Assembly: GCA_963706595.1 (NCBI GenBank)
Contig: OY970166.1
Location: 2,432,001-2,496,000, forward strand
Source of the DNA: an uncultured cyanobacterium
Lineage (GTDB): Bacteria > Cyanobacteriota > Cyanobacteriia > Cyanobacteriales > Nostocaceae
Reading direction: 5' to 3'
DNA: 64,000 bases
The notes beneath the pieces are model-generated. The model worked only from the letters and a program-made list of their open reading frames with translations. It made no database searches and was not told the origin of the DNA. A program made the translations under genes and the position numbers. This document shows, in pieces, positions 21,216-31,577 of the stretch. Positions within the stretch are counted from its first letter, which is position 1. Every line of letters starts with the position of its first letter.

Positions 21216-21304
21216 GTGAGATACAAGAACCCCACCCCCAACCCCCTCCCCGCAAGCGATGAGGGTGCTAAGATGTACCTTATATAATTGGAAATCGCTG
21301 TATA
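21197..21304. mobile_element. TA-bounded MITE-like element
   Basis: Ends TATAGCGGTT...AATCGCTGTATA; core CCCCCTCCCCGCAAGCGA recurs at about 39490 and 57030. Confidence 0.7.
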
Positions 21305-21391
21305 GCAGTATACTTTTCAGGAATCAGAAATTTGGTTGCAGTAAAGTTGTTTATCTAATTTTACCGAAATTATTTGGGCAATGAATTTGAT

Positions 21392-22189
21392 TTATTGTCC
21401 TAAATAGGCTTCTAAAACTTGAGTATTGGTTTGAATTTCGGCGGGAGTTCCTTCAGCTAAATTTTGACCTTCAGCCATGACCCAAACGCGATCGCACAAA
21501 GACATGATCAAATCCATGTTATGTTCAATAATCAGGAAGGTCAGACCGTCTTGACGGTTCCATCTGAGAATGCGATCGCATATATCATCAATCAATTTGG
21601 GATTCACCCCGGCGGCTGGTTCATCTAATAAAATTAACTTGGGATTAGTCATTAACGCCCGTCCCATTTCCAATAACTTGCGTTGTCCACCAGACAAGCC
21701 ACCAGCATATTCTTGTGCCTTTTGTGCCAATCCCACAGACTCTAACAAAGACATTGCTTGTTCTTTGAATTGCCTTTCTTCCTGAGCGACAATGTGGGGT
21801 TGTAACTGCACTTGCCAAAAATTCTCACCTGTTTGTTTTTGCGCCGCCAGCAGCATATTATCTAACACCGACAACCGCGAGAGAGTCCGCGCTACTTGAA
21901 AGGTGCGGATTAATCCCTGCTGGGCAATTTGATATGGTTCTAACTGCTGAATCGGTTCACCGTCAAAAATCACACGTCCCTTGTCTGGGCGAATAAAATT
22001 GGAAAGGAGGTTAAACAAAGTAGTTTTACCAGCACCATTGGGACCAATCAAGCCAGTAATACTACCTTTATTCACCTCAATTGTGGCATCCTTAACTGCT
22101 TGAATACCGCCAAAGCTTTTACAAAGTCCACTAGCAGCTAACAAAGGAAGTGGGTGTGACTGATTATTTACCATAAAATTCATACTCAA
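21392..22189 (-). CDS. Neutral/branched-chain amino acid ABC transporter ATPase (LivG/NatA-like)
   Basis: GPNGAGKTT, RTFQ, LSGGQRK and LLDEPAAG. Confidence 0.9.
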   Translation of the reverse strand: MSMNFMVNNQSHPLPLLAASGLCKSFGGIQAVKDATIEVNKGSITGLIGPNGAGKTTLFNLLSNFIRPDKGRVIFDGEPIQQLEPYQIAQQGLIRTFQVARTLSRLSVLDNMLLAAQKQTGENFWQVQLQPHIVAQEERQFKEQAMSLLESVGLAQKAQEYAGGLSGGQRKLLEMGRALMTNPKLILLDEPAAGVNPKLIDDICDRILRWNRQDGLTFLIIEHNMDLIMSLCDRVWVMAEGQNLAEGTPAEIQTNTQVLEAYLGQ

Positions 22190-22291
22190 TTAATTAAAAA
22201 TCACTTATGTAGCATTCCTAAATAAGTTGTGAACCTCTTTACTTCTTCTCTTGGCGACCTTGGCGACTTGGCGGTTCGCTGAATTCACCAA

Positions 22292-23428
22292 TCACTTACC
22301 AAGAGTGAGTTCCTCCTTTTTCCCTAAAATACCTTGAGGTCGCCAAACCATCAGAATCATTAAAATTAGACCAATAACCATGATCCGAAAAGCACCTAAT
22401 TGATCAGAAGATAAATTTGTAAAGATTTTCGGTAAAAATTCTCTGGTTGCAGCATCATAAGTAAAGAAAATGACCGCGCCTAAAATTGTGCCAATGTTAT
22501 TCCCCGAACCTCCTAAAATCACCATAATCCAAGCGTCAAAAGTTAGTTGGGGTTGGAAATTATCCGGGTAAATGGCGCTGAGTTGCCAAGCGAAGAAAGC
22601 CCCAGCGACACCTGCGATCGCACCTCCTAACATCAGTGATTGTACTTTATACCAAAAAACATTTTTACCCATAGCTTTAGGTACTTCTTCATCCTCACGG
22701 ATAGCTTTTAGCACACGACCCCAAGGCGATCGCACCAAAATTTCCAACCGCCAAAAAACGAATGCTAAAACCAACAGCGCCAACAGCATCAAACCTGCTT
22801 TGGGCTTATAATCATACAAACCAATAATTCCCGAAATATAAATTGCGGCTGTCAACAAAGCGAAGATAATTCCTACCCCCAAACGGGAAAGTAACTCTTG
22901 CTTTTTACTAACTTTCTTACCAGAATCAGCCAGCAGAGATTTTTGGGCGGTGCGAATCCATCGCCATAATGCAAATAAAGCGATCGCAGCCAGCAGTGTC
23001 AGCAATCCCATCATCACCAATCTGACAAACAAATTGGGTGCTGTAGATAAAGGGATAGGATAACTTTGGACACCAAAAGCCCCAGATATCCAGGTATCCT
23101 TCACAGGTAACTCTTGATTATTCACCACCAACCGAATTAATTCGCCCACCCCAATGGTGACAATAGCCAGATAATCTTCCCGTAAGCGCAGAGTTGCAAA
23201 ACCGATAATTAAACCCAACAAAGCTGCTACCATTGCGCCAACGACTGCTGACACCAGTAGAGGAACGCCCTGAAAGCTTAACAACACCGTGGTATAAGCC
23301 CCCAGAGTCATAAAAGCAATATGACCAAAATTAATTAACCCTGTATAGCCCCACTGCAAATTCAGTCCTAAACCAAACAGGGCAAAAATTGTCGTAGAAA
23401 TTGCTAAAAAAATGAGATATTCAACCAT
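22292..23428 (-). CDS. Neutral/branched-chain amino acid ABC transporter permease (LivM/NatC-like)
   Basis: GLNLQWGYTGLINFGH, LREDYLAIVT and GRVLKAIREDE. Confidence 0.9.
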   Translation of the reverse strand: MVEYLIFLAISTTIFALFGLGLNLQWGYTGLINFGHIAFMTLGAYTTVLLSFQGVPLLVSAVVGAMVAALLGLIIGFATLRLREDYLAIVTIGVGELIRLVVNNQELPVKDTWISGAFGVQSYPIPLSTAPNLFVRLVMMGLLTLLAAIALFALWRWIRTAQKSLLADSGKKVSKKQELLSRLGVGIIFALLTAAIYISGIIGLYDYKPKAGLMLLALLVLAFVFWRLEILVRSPWGRVLKAIREDEEVPKAMGKNVFWYKVQSLMLGGAIAGVAGAFFAWQLSAIYPDNFQPQLTFDAWIMVILGGSGNNIGTILGAVIFFTYDAATREFLPKIFTNLSSDQLGAFRIMVIGLILMILMVWRPQGILGKKEELTLGK

Positions 23429-23618
23429 AGGAATTTAAATTTAGTTCTAATATGCTTTATCCATAACTTTGTCAAGCAGTTACACCGAACTTCCCTAGAT
23501 TTTTGCCCCACGCCTTCAAATAGGTTTAACTTTAGGATAATTTTATCCTGCCGTTAAGCATTGTTTATTTTTGGGAACAATAGTTTTGTATTTTGGGTAA
23601 ATGTTATCGTGTATTCCT

Positions 23619-23816
23619 ATGAACTTGCTGAGAATTAGAATCCATCACTTAATCGAGCAATTAAATGATGAAGAATTGCAAAGTGCCTGGGAGACTCTCC
23701 ATGCTTTGCATTGTGACTCTTATATGTCCCAAGCGATACAACAAGCCAAGCAATTGCAGCAACCGTGGGATATTTTAACCCGTGAAGAAGCGAAACGAAT
23801 GTTAATGTATTTCTAA
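23619..23816 (+). CDS. Small antitoxin-like protein
   Basis: IHHLIEQLNDEEL...LTREEA; lies upstream of a RelE-like gene. Confidence 0.55.
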   Translation: MNLLRIRIHHLIEQLNDEELQSAWETLHALHCDSYMSQAIQQAKQLQQPWDILTREEAKRMLMYF

Positions 23817-23875
23817 ATGAGGAGCGCTTTCGAGCTAATGTCAGTAGACCTCAAGTTTTGTTAAGGTAACGTCTA

Positions 23876-24133
23876 GTGAGTTTGGAAGTGCGCTATGCCA
23901 GGTCTTTTTTAGTAGACCTGAAGAATTTAGAACCGGTTGTCTACCAACGGGTATATGATTTTGTCTTTTCCGAGTTTACTGAAAATATGCCTCTGCATAG
24001 TCTCCCAGAACTGCGATGCCTTGATGAAGAGGGAATTTTCCACCGTTTCACTCTCGATAATTATCTAGTGGGGATTGAAATTAGGGGTGAAATTGTCAAA
24101 TTTCTGCGTGTCATACCTATGCCAGAGGTCTAA
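23876..24133 (+). CDS. RelE/ParE-fold toxin-like protein, apparently degenerate
   Basis: VRYARSFLVDLKNL...HRFTLDNYLVG. Confidence 0.6.
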   Translation: MSLEVRYARSFLVDLKNLEPVVYQRVYDFVFSEFTENMPLHSLPELRCLDEEGIFHRFTLDNYLVGIEIRGEIVKFLRVIPMPEV

Positions 24134-24276
24134 ATTGAGTGATAAATGTTAAATTATGGGCAGTTTGTGACTGATGCTCAATACCCAACACTTAAAACTG
24201 TATAAGGCTAGGCAGGGATGGCTGTAAGCTTACATTAAACTTGTTTTTGAAGCAATACTTTATTTGAGATTTCCCT

Positions 24277-25863
24277 ATGGATGCAAAGGCACTTTGGCAA
24301 CGATACCAAAACTGGTTATATTTCCACGAGGGACTAGGACTTTACCTTGACGTTAGTCGGATGGGTTTTGATCACGCTTTCGTGGAATCGTTGCGGCCGA
24401 AGTTTGACAAAGCGTTTGCGGATATGGCGGAATTAGAAAAGGGTGCGATCGCCAATCCTGACGAAGGCCGCATGGTGGGACATTACTGGCTGCGAAACCC
24501 TGATTTAGCACCCACACCAGAACTGACACAAGAGATAGTCCACACTCTCGAACAAATCGAAGCCTTTGCAGAAAAAGTCCACACAGGTGCGATTCATCCA
24601 CCTAAAGCCAGCCGCTTTACCGATATAATATCCATTGGGATTGGTGGTTCTGCACTGGGTCCAGAATTTGTTGCAGAAGCCCTTGCGCCTGATTTCCCCT
24701 CTCTAAAAATTCACTTTATCGACAATAGTGACCCCGCAGGAATTGACCGCACTCTCAACCAACTGGGAAACAGTCTATCCAGCACCTTGGTTTTAGTGAT
24801 TTCCAAATCTGGAGGCACACCGGAACCCCGCAATGGCATGATTGAAGTCAAAGCCGCCTATTCTGGTCAGAATTTAGACTTTGCTAAACACGCTGTCGCC
24901 ATTACTAGCGTTGATAGCAATTTAGATAAAGTCGCCCAAGCAGAAGGCTGGCTAGGCAGATTTCCCATGTATGACTGGGTGGGAGGACGTACTTCAGAAT
25001 TATCTGCTGTGGGGCTAGTACCAGCCGTATTACAAGGAATTGACATTCGCGCCATGATTGAGGGTGCGAAAGAAATGGATGATGCTACCCGCGTCCCCAA
25101 TTTGGAAAATAACCCGGCGGCTTTGTTAGCTTTGGCTTGGTATTTTTCCGGTAATGGTAAGGGTGAAAAAGATATGGTTGTCCTACCTTACAAGGACAGC
25201 TTGCTGTTGTTTAGTCGGTATTTACAACAGTTAGTCATGGAATCTTTAGGTAAAGAAAAAGACCTAGATGGCAATACTGTTTATCAAGGTATCGCCGTTT
25301 ACGGTAACAAAGGTTCCACAGACCAACACGCTTACGTGCAGCAATTACGTGAGGGTATCCCCAATTTCTTTGCTACCTTCATTGAAGTGTTAGAAGACCG
25401 TGAGGGTAAATCTTTAGAAATTGAACCTGGGGTGACATCAGGCGATTTTCTCTCTGGTTTCCTTTTAGGAACTCGACAAGCGCTGTACGAAAATCAGCGC
25501 GATTCGATTACAGTGACTATTCCCCAAGTCAACCCGAAAACTGTGGGTGCGTTAATTGCTTTGTATGAACGCGCTGTAGGTTTATACGCCAGCTTGGTGA
25601 ATGTCAACGCCTACCATCAACCTGGGGTAGAAGCTGGTAAAAAAGCTGCTGCGGTAATTCTGGAATTGCAATCTCAGGTAATGGCTGTATTGCAAAAGGA
25701 AAAAACCGCCCTTTCTCTGGAAGAAGTCGCCCAAAAAGCGGGTGCTGCTGAGGAAGTTGAGGCAATTTACAAGATTTTGCGGCATTTACACGCTAATGGG
25801 CGCGGTGTGGTGTTACAAGGTGAACTGGGTAAACCCGGTAGTTTGAAGGTTTCTGTGGGTTAA
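24277..25863 (+). CDS. pgi: Glucose-6-phosphate isomerase
   Basis: [32 protein letters not shown] and QPGVEAGK. Confidence 0.97.
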   Translation: MDAKALWQRYQNWLYFHEGLGLYLDVSRMGFDHAFVESLRPKFDKAFADMAELEKGAIANPDEGRMVGHYWLRNPDLAPTPELTQEIVHTLEQIEAFAEKVHTGAIHPPKASRFTDIISIGIGGSALGPEFVAEALAPDFPSLKIHFIDNSDPAGIDRTLNQLGNSLSSTLVLVISKSGGTPEPRNGMIEVKAAYSGQNLDFAKHAVAITSVDSNLDKVAQAEGWLGRFPMYDWVGGRTSELSAVGLVPAVLQGIDIRAMIEGAKEMDDATRVPNLENNPAALLALAWYFSGNGKGEKDMVVLPYKDSLLLFSRYLQQLVMESLGKEKDLDGNTVYQGIAVYGNKGSTDQHAYVQQLREGIPNFFATFIEVLEDREGKSLEIEPGVTSGDFLSGFLLGTRQALYENQRDSITVTIPQVNPKTVGALIALYERAVGLYASLVNVNAYHQPGVEAGKKAAAVILELQSQVMAVLQKEKTALSLEEVAQKAGAAEEVEAIYKILRHLHANGRGVVLQGELGKPGSLKVSVG

Positions 25864-25949
25864 TAGTTTTAGCTGAAAAACCAGTTTGCGTTAGTCAATT
25901 GTTGGCAAGAATATAGCAATACTATCTGATTGGCAAACACGAGAGACTC

Positions 25950-25982
25950 AGATCCCCGACTTCTTCAAGAAGTCGGGGATCT
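25950..25982. repeat. 33-bp palindromic dispersed repeat
   Basis: AGATCCCCGACTTCTT-C-AAGAAGTCGGGGATCT; second copy at 40699-40731. Confidence 0.85.
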
Positions 25983-26062
25983 TTCTATTCGTAAGTTAAT
26001 AAATAAAGATGTTATTGGCGTACAATTGAGTTAATGCAGTCTTGACAGTGAGGGTTAATAAT

Positions 26063-26380
26063 GTGACGCAATCAACGCCGAAACGACCCCTACGGCGAGG
26101 AAGAATTTTTCCTGAACTGACTTCAACACCAGAGGAACGGGCTAAACGTAAAGCTGAAGATGAAGTATTTTATCTCCGTTGTCGCGCTATATTTGAACGA
26201 GTTCGTCCCGATTTGATTTCAGAACACTATGGCTGGTATATTGCTGTAGAGCCGGATAGTGGTGATTATTTCGTTGATGAAGATAAAGAACTCGCTAGTC
26301 AGAAAGCGCATGAAAAGCACCCAAATGCTGTACATTGTATGTTCTGCCTGAATGAGACTGGAGCTACTGGCAGAATATGA
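26063..26380 (+). CDS. Small protein coupled to the aspartic protease (DUF5678-like), second copy
   Basis: RRGRIFPE...HYGWYIAVEPDSGDYF...NETGATGRI; paralogue of 19746..20063; probable GTG start. Confidence 0.7.
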   Translation: MTQSTPKRPLRRGRIFPELTSTPEERAKRKAEDEVFYLRCRAIFERVRPDLISEHYGWYIAVEPDSGDYFVDEDKELASQKAHEKHPNAVHCMFCLNETGATGRI

Positions 26381-26739
26381 TTCAGGGTATATTTGGGAAT
26401 GAGGGGCAGCTATTTTTTGAAATTGAATTTATTAATAATGATGGATTAAATTTGCCTGTGGATGCCCTTTTAGATACGGGTTTCACAGGTTTTATGGCAA
26501 TTAATGAACAAGATTTAGATGGTCTTGATTGGCTATTTGTACGCCAAGAAATTCTGCGAACTGCACAAGGAGAAACAAATTTTAATATATATTTAGGGAA
26601 GGTTTTATTGGATGGACAGCAGTATGAGATTCCTGTTTGTGCGGGGGATGAAATAACAGAGGTTTTATTAGGTTCAGAGTGGTTGAAAATTTTGCCGTTG
26701 GTTGTGAATTTTCAGGCTGATATTTTGACTTTGGGTTAA
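26377..26739 (+). CDS. Clan AA (retropepsin-like) aspartic protease, second copy
   Basis: LLDTGFT, TAQG and VLLG; ATGA overlap with the upstream gene. Confidence 0.8.
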   Translation: MIQGIFGNEGQLFFEIEFINNDGLNLPVDALLDTGFTGFMAINEQDLDGLDWLFVRQEILRTAQGETNFNIYLGKVLLDGQQYEIPVCAGDEITEVLLGSEWLKILPLVVNFQADILTLG

Positions 26740-26789
26740 GATTTAAGGAACCGCAGAGGCGCAGAGAACGCAGAGGTAAGAGAATTTTG

Positions 26790-28262
26790 TTATTTGGCGG
26801 TGGTTGGTAAGTCGCGGAGAAAGTAAAAGCGATCGCTCTTCCAATCTTTTCCTTTTTCTCTTCCTAAATAGCCTGTGAGGGGTGAGGAAAGTTCTATTAA
26901 GATTTCGTGCATTTCCTCTTTTTTTAGGAGTTGTGGCGGATTTGAGCCAAAATATACGCCATGTAAGGTTTCGACTCCTGTTGATTTTTCCCCTGAGTTT
27001 TGCAGATAATTTTTTACTAGCTGGATTATGTGCGATCGCAATTTAATATGGTTTTCTATTTTATCTATATATTCATCAATTTTATCGTCTATTTGTCCAG
27101 GTTCTAAATATTTCTGCAATTCCAACAAATTGATTGCACCTGGATATTTTGCTTTCAGTTCAACCAGTTTTTGTAAAGTCATAGCATTAATAATACTTAC
27201 TTTCCATTCTTGTGCTGCTTTTTCTGTGTCTCTAGATGGCTTACCGGGACCAATTACTAATTTCGCTGAGTTGAAAAATTGCTCAGAACCTAAGTGCATT
27301 CCCCCAAGTTTAATTAATTCTTCCACAGTACCGCTAGGAATGAGCCTACCTGCTTTACATTCGCAAACTAGGGGATAAGGTTGTGAACAATATAAATCTA
27401 AGCCTCCCGCACCACCTTGATAAGCCTCTTCAATTTTGAATCCTAAAAAATCAAGGCTTTGACGGGCGATAATTTCAAAGTCTGTCCCAGCGTGATAATT
27501 ACTTTTTTTCTCTTCTAGTTCTATACTGCGATCGCCTAAAGATACAATTGTTTTTATCCAAGCTAAATCTGCATTAATAGACTGAGTTAAACTGTCACTA
27601 CTCCAACCCAAAAAGATTTTGATGTCATTATCTAATTGCTGCACGGCTGGGTTTGTGCTGGCTATTTGTGATAATGCACTTTGTAATTCTTCGAGTTCTG
27701 GGTGTTTGGGTGGTTCTAGGTTTTGTAATTGGCGTTGGCGTTGGGCGAAGATGCGATCGCTTAACACTGGTTTTGCTTCTGAAGCAGTAATATTAGATAA
27801 ACTAACAAATTTACCTAATTTTTCTTTAATGTCAGCATTAACAGAAATTTCTTTAAATTCAGGTAAATGATAAACTCGCAAGTAAGCCAGAAAAATATAC
27901 GGTTTTTTCTGTAATATTGCTTCAAATGCTTCTGGTGTCCAGATTGTTAATTGAGATAAAACGTCTAAAGGTTTAGTTTTATCTAGCATTTGGCAACGTT
28001 CACATCTCGCCCAAGCTTTAATTGAAACTATCGTAGAATCAATTTGTTGAATACCACTTTGAGCAATTGGTGAAAAACTAGGGCGGTAGTATTGCTCAAT
28101 TGAAAGTGGAATGCTTGAAGTATGAACAGGATAAAGAGCGAATTTATCCCCTGTATTCAACAATTTTTTGGGCATAGCTGTAATAATTCGCCCTTCTATT
28201 AAAGCTTCAACATCAGCATAAGGCAAGCATAGGGCTTTATAAATTAAAACTGATTTACTCAT
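26790..28262 (-). CDS. DUF1802-like N-terminal domain fused to a Mrr-like PD-(D/E)XK nuclease and a C-terminal wH-like domain
   Basis: VEALIEGR...FALYP...LAYLRVY at the N-terminus; GTDFE...LDFLGF...GGAGGLDLYC...VCECKAG nuclease motif. Confidence 0.72.
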   Translation of the reverse strand: MSKSVLIYKALCLPYADVEALIEGRIITAMPKKLLNTGDKFALYPVHTSSIPLSIEQYYRPSFSPIAQSGIQQIDSTIVSIKAWARCERCQMLDKTKPLDVLSQLTIWTPEAFEAILQKKPYIFLAYLRVYHLPEFKEISVNADIKEKLGKFVSLSNITASEAKPVLSDRIFAQRQRQLQNLEPPKHPELEELQSALSQIASTNPAVQQLDNDIKIFLGWSSDSLTQSINADLAWIKTIVSLGDRSIELEEKKSNYHAGTDFEIIARQSLDFLGFKIEEAYQGGAGGLDLYCSQPYPLVCECKAGRLIPSGTVEELIKLGGMHLGSEQFFNSAKLVIGPGKPSRDTEKAAQEWKVSIINAMTLQKLVELKAKYPGAINLLELQKYLEPGQIDDKIDEYIDKIENHIKLRSHIIQLVKNYLQNSGEKSTGVETLHGVYFGSNPPQLLKKEEMHEILIELSSPLTGYLGREKGKDWKSDRFYFLRDLPTTAK

Positions 28263-28264
28263 GA

Positions 28265-30229
28265 TTAATTAAACAAATCACTCAACTCGTCTGAGTCGTC
28301 TGTTTCACTAAGAGTTTCATTAAATAATTCATCTAAAACATCGCTATCATCATCAAGTTCAGGCATATTACCGGATGGATCACTTAAAATTTCTCGAAGT
28401 AAAAGATTATCAATCGTAATCTTATTTTTAGAAATAAAATCAAAAATTTGCTCCTCTGTTAATTGATAATTTGACCGCTTTTGAAAAATAGATGAAATTG
28501 CCACAAGTGGGCGAATTTGTTCTTCTATCAAATCTACGTGTTCTCCACCTTTTTCTGATATGAGTTCGTTCAGCCATTTAGAGGCTTCTGAATTTTTCTT
28601 CATTTGTTCTATCTTCGATTGCGAACGAACTAAACAACCACGAGTTAGATTAAATGTTTCATAATCAACTAAACGTTTTAATGCAGCTATTAATGTAAAT
28701 GGAGAATTTTGTATTACAGAAACACCAATCTTTACTTCTTTGCCATTCTCACTACCGAGAATTTTGAAATTAATAAAAACTTTATCCTGTGATTTAGGAC
28801 TATTCTGTGATTTAGGTTGAATATCGTTTGTAACTTCTTCAATCAATACTTCTTCTAATGTCTGCCCTTTTAAAGTTATAAAACCAAAGTATAGAGCTTC
28901 AGCAATTAGGTTGCTATCCTCTAAATACTCGTCACTATCAAATTCACTTTCCCTATTAAAGGCTAACTCAAACCTCTCAAATGGGTCAGATGGCAGTGGA
29001 TCTTGATCAATTTTAAAGTTATCTGCACACCATCGCAAAGCTTCCCTTACACTTGGTTTACTTACTTTTCCGTATTCTCGCAGTTTACTTTCTTCAAATG
29101 GGTAGAGTGCATGAGGAGGAATTAATATTTTTGACTTATAATACTCTTGCAGCCAAATAGTAACTAACTCAACCATAGAATCACCACTAACGTATTTTAA
29201 CTCTACTGGTTTTCGCTGTGTAAATTTTGAAATCCTATCAGGCGTACCACCTGGCAAAGAATTTACCTTGTCTCTCCATGTTTCAGGAAGCATTACTGTG
29301 AGAATTACAACACCTTGACTAAGTTCAAAATTTTCGAGCGTATCATGCATAATTTTCACTAAATTAGCTATTACGCTTTCGGTCGGCAACCCATCCTCTG
29401 TAGAATTATTTTTAACGTCTATTTCATCAAAACAAATTAGGACTGGGTTATAGTAACTGACCAAATTTATAATTTGCTGAATAGCTTTGAGAGCTTCAGC
29501 TTCTCTATCTTGATTAGTTTTACTAGGATTAGGTAATCCCAACTCATCAGCATTCAACTGAGCTAATTCTTCACCAGATAACCATTTAATTGCGAAGGGT
29601 GCTTGAGTTTCTGAAAGTGTCCATAAAATAGCCCGTAAGATATAAGGATCTGCATTGGGTTTATTTTTAAGAACTTGTGCTTGCAGAACATTCATTAAAT
29701 TTCTATTTTTTGCCAAGCTCCTTCTATATGCTTGGTCAAATTTTTTAACTAATTCTGCTGGCTTGGAAAAATTATCAGGTTTAACTTCGTTTACCATAGC
29801 TGTGGCTACTTCCTGCCACTGCATTACCCCTTGGCTACCAGTTTGACTCAGGCTATCTGCTAAGGTTTGCTGAAATTGGTACTTAACTAGATTTAAATCT
29901 GTATAGTTATTACCACCTGAATAAACGAATAAAGCACCTCCTTCTTTTTCCAGTTGATGACGAATGCGACTGAGAAGATGAGTTTTACCAACTCCTTGTT
30001 GTGCAGTTATGCTAATTGAAGTAATTTTATCTTGACTAAATTGACTTGTTCGCACAAATTCAATTGCCTCAAAAACTTTATTAGAAGCATGAGCATTTAA
30101 GGTAGATACATCTGGTAACTTTTTACCCCAAATATCCTGCTCTTTCGCAATGCCAGCATTGGTAAATGGATTGTGACTTTGAATAGCGGTGTTTACGGTT
30201 TCTATGGGGGAAGGAGGAGGATTTGTCAT
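28265..30229 (-). CDS. P-loop (AAA+-like) ATPase, 654 aa, with acidic C-terminal tail
   Basis: Walker A AQQGVGKT and Walker B VLICFDEID; LYPF and VREAL sensor-like segments. Confidence 0.8.
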   Translation of the reverse strand: MTNPPPSPIETVNTAIQSHNPFTNAGIAKEQDIWGKKLPDVSTLNAHASNKVFEAIEFVRTSQFSQDKITSISITAQQGVGKTHLLSRIRHQLEKEGGALFVYSGGNNYTDLNLVKYQFQQTLADSLSQTGSQGVMQWQEVATAMVNEVKPDNFSKPAELVKKFDQAYRRSLAKNRNLMNVLQAQVLKNKPNADPYILRAILWTLSETQAPFAIKWLSGEELAQLNADELGLPNPSKTNQDREAEALKAIQQIINLVSYYNPVLICFDEIDVKNNSTEDGLPTESVIANLVKIMHDTLENFELSQGVVILTVMLPETWRDKVNSLPGGTPDRISKFTQRKPVELKYVSGDSMVELVTIWLQEYYKSKILIPPHALYPFEESKLREYGKVSKPSVREALRWCADNFKIDQDPLPSDPFERFELAFNRESEFDSDEYLEDSNLIAEALYFGFITLKGQTLEEVLIEEVTNDIQPKSQNSPKSQDKVFINFKILGSENGKEVKIGVSVIQNSPFTLIAALKRLVDYETFNLTRGCLVRSQSKIEQMKKNSEASKWLNELISEKGGEHVDLIEEQIRPLVAISSIFQKRSNYQLTEEQIFDFISKNKITIDNLLLREILSDPSGNMPELDDDSDVLDELFNETLSETDDSDELSDLFN

Positions 30230-30279
30230 GGTGATTCGATGTGATGCGAGGAACTACAAGATGTGCAGGCAAAATTTGA

Positions 30280-30948
30280 TTAACTCAAGCGTTTGGCGTA
30301 AGAACGTAGTTGTGTGCCTGCTATAGAAATTGAATCTTCTCGTTTATCAGCAGTAAAGTCTGGTATTTCTCCAGTTATCAGCTGCAAAATGTCATCAGCT
30401 TGCATTTCTATCAGCCATTTGTTGAATTTTTCACGGCTAACGCGATCGCCTATTTCTCGCCTAATTCTGTAAATTGGCACTAAATTATCTAGACTGTGAT
30501 TTTGGTTCAGCTTGTCGTAGACTTCCAACGCGACAGACTTAAACTCGTCGTAAGAAGCAATATTTGCACTTTTCACTGCATTCACTGGTGCAGATGTACC
30601 AACACTTACATCTATCTGACTAATCCACCGCACCAACGCATTCGCCGCCCAAGTACCAACAATAGTCCCTTCAAACTTAAAATCACCACTTCTCAAACTC
30701 TCACTTAGAACCTCCAAACCCTTGGGAGAGTTAAGAGAGTATCCAGTTTTGGAAATAGCGATCGCGCCTTCCGCCTGTAATTCCGCGAATATGTCCTTAA
30801 AATCTGCTACCTTCTTACCCTTAGATATAATGCGCTTCGTTAGTTGACCCTTCTTAACTTCCTGCTTTGTTGCTCCCAAATCCCACAAAGCCAGCAGCAG
30901 ACGTGTTTTAGCTTGGGTAGCCTGTAAAAGATTTTGTCCCGCACCCAT
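30280..30948 (-). CDS. Hypothetical protein, probably two winged-helix-like domains
   Basis: RLLLALWDLG...ELQAEGAI and LVPIYRIRREIG.VSREKFNKWLIEMQ segments joined by a low-complexity linker; first gene of the operon. Confidence 0.6.
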   Translation of the reverse strand: MGAGQNLLQATQAKTRLLLALWDLGATKQEVKKGQLTKRIISKGKKVADFKDIFAELQAEGAIAISKTGYSLNSPKGLEVLSESLRSGDFKFEGTIVGTWAANALVRWISQIDVSVGTSAPVNAVKSANIASYDEFKSVALEVYDKLNQNHSLDNLVPIYRIRREIGDRVSREKFNKWLIEMQADDILQLITGEIPDFTADKREDSISIAGTQLRSYAKRLS

Positions 30949-31577
30949 ACCATGTTTCCTATTTGACTAATAATTATTATCATAATGTGATTTGATGACT
31001 TTAGGTACAAAAATCAGATTATTTGCTAGATATTTCCCATCAATAGCTAAGTGTATTCATAATAAAACTGAAATATATCAAAAACTTAATTTAGGTAAAC
31101 TGGGGATAAATCTCAAAAAATAATTCCACCTTAGCACTGTCTGTGGCACAGTTCACATTGCTGCTCTAATACATTCTGCACTCGGATACTTCCGATACTA
31201 CCCCCCCTGCTCATACTTAATTTCTAAGGTAAACCAAAGCGATCGCCAATAATCTGACTTTGCGCTATTTTTTGATACTCAGCATTGCATCCACATCACT
31301 GTCACTGTATGTGGGTTGTAAATATTACTTTTATTTGTTTACGTATTATCAATGGAGTATTATTTATATCTACCTCAACTATTTTTTATACATTTCCTAT
31401 TGACTTTAATTCTTAAAAGCTCTACATTCTCTTATTGGAATAATTGATAATAATTGACGATATTTTTGCAAAGAGTTCTTAATAAAAATGTTAAATCTGC
31501 TCTTACAAGAGTTATGATTATTATTCTTAACTCTTAACTTTTATTCTGTAAATTGATCAAATTGACAGAGGCAAAGG

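Noticed and set aside
31526..31540. Pho box upstream of phnC (CTTAACT CTTAACT)
   Set aside because: The repeat period is 7 nt rather than the 11 nt expected for SphR/PhoB boxes; support is insufficient.
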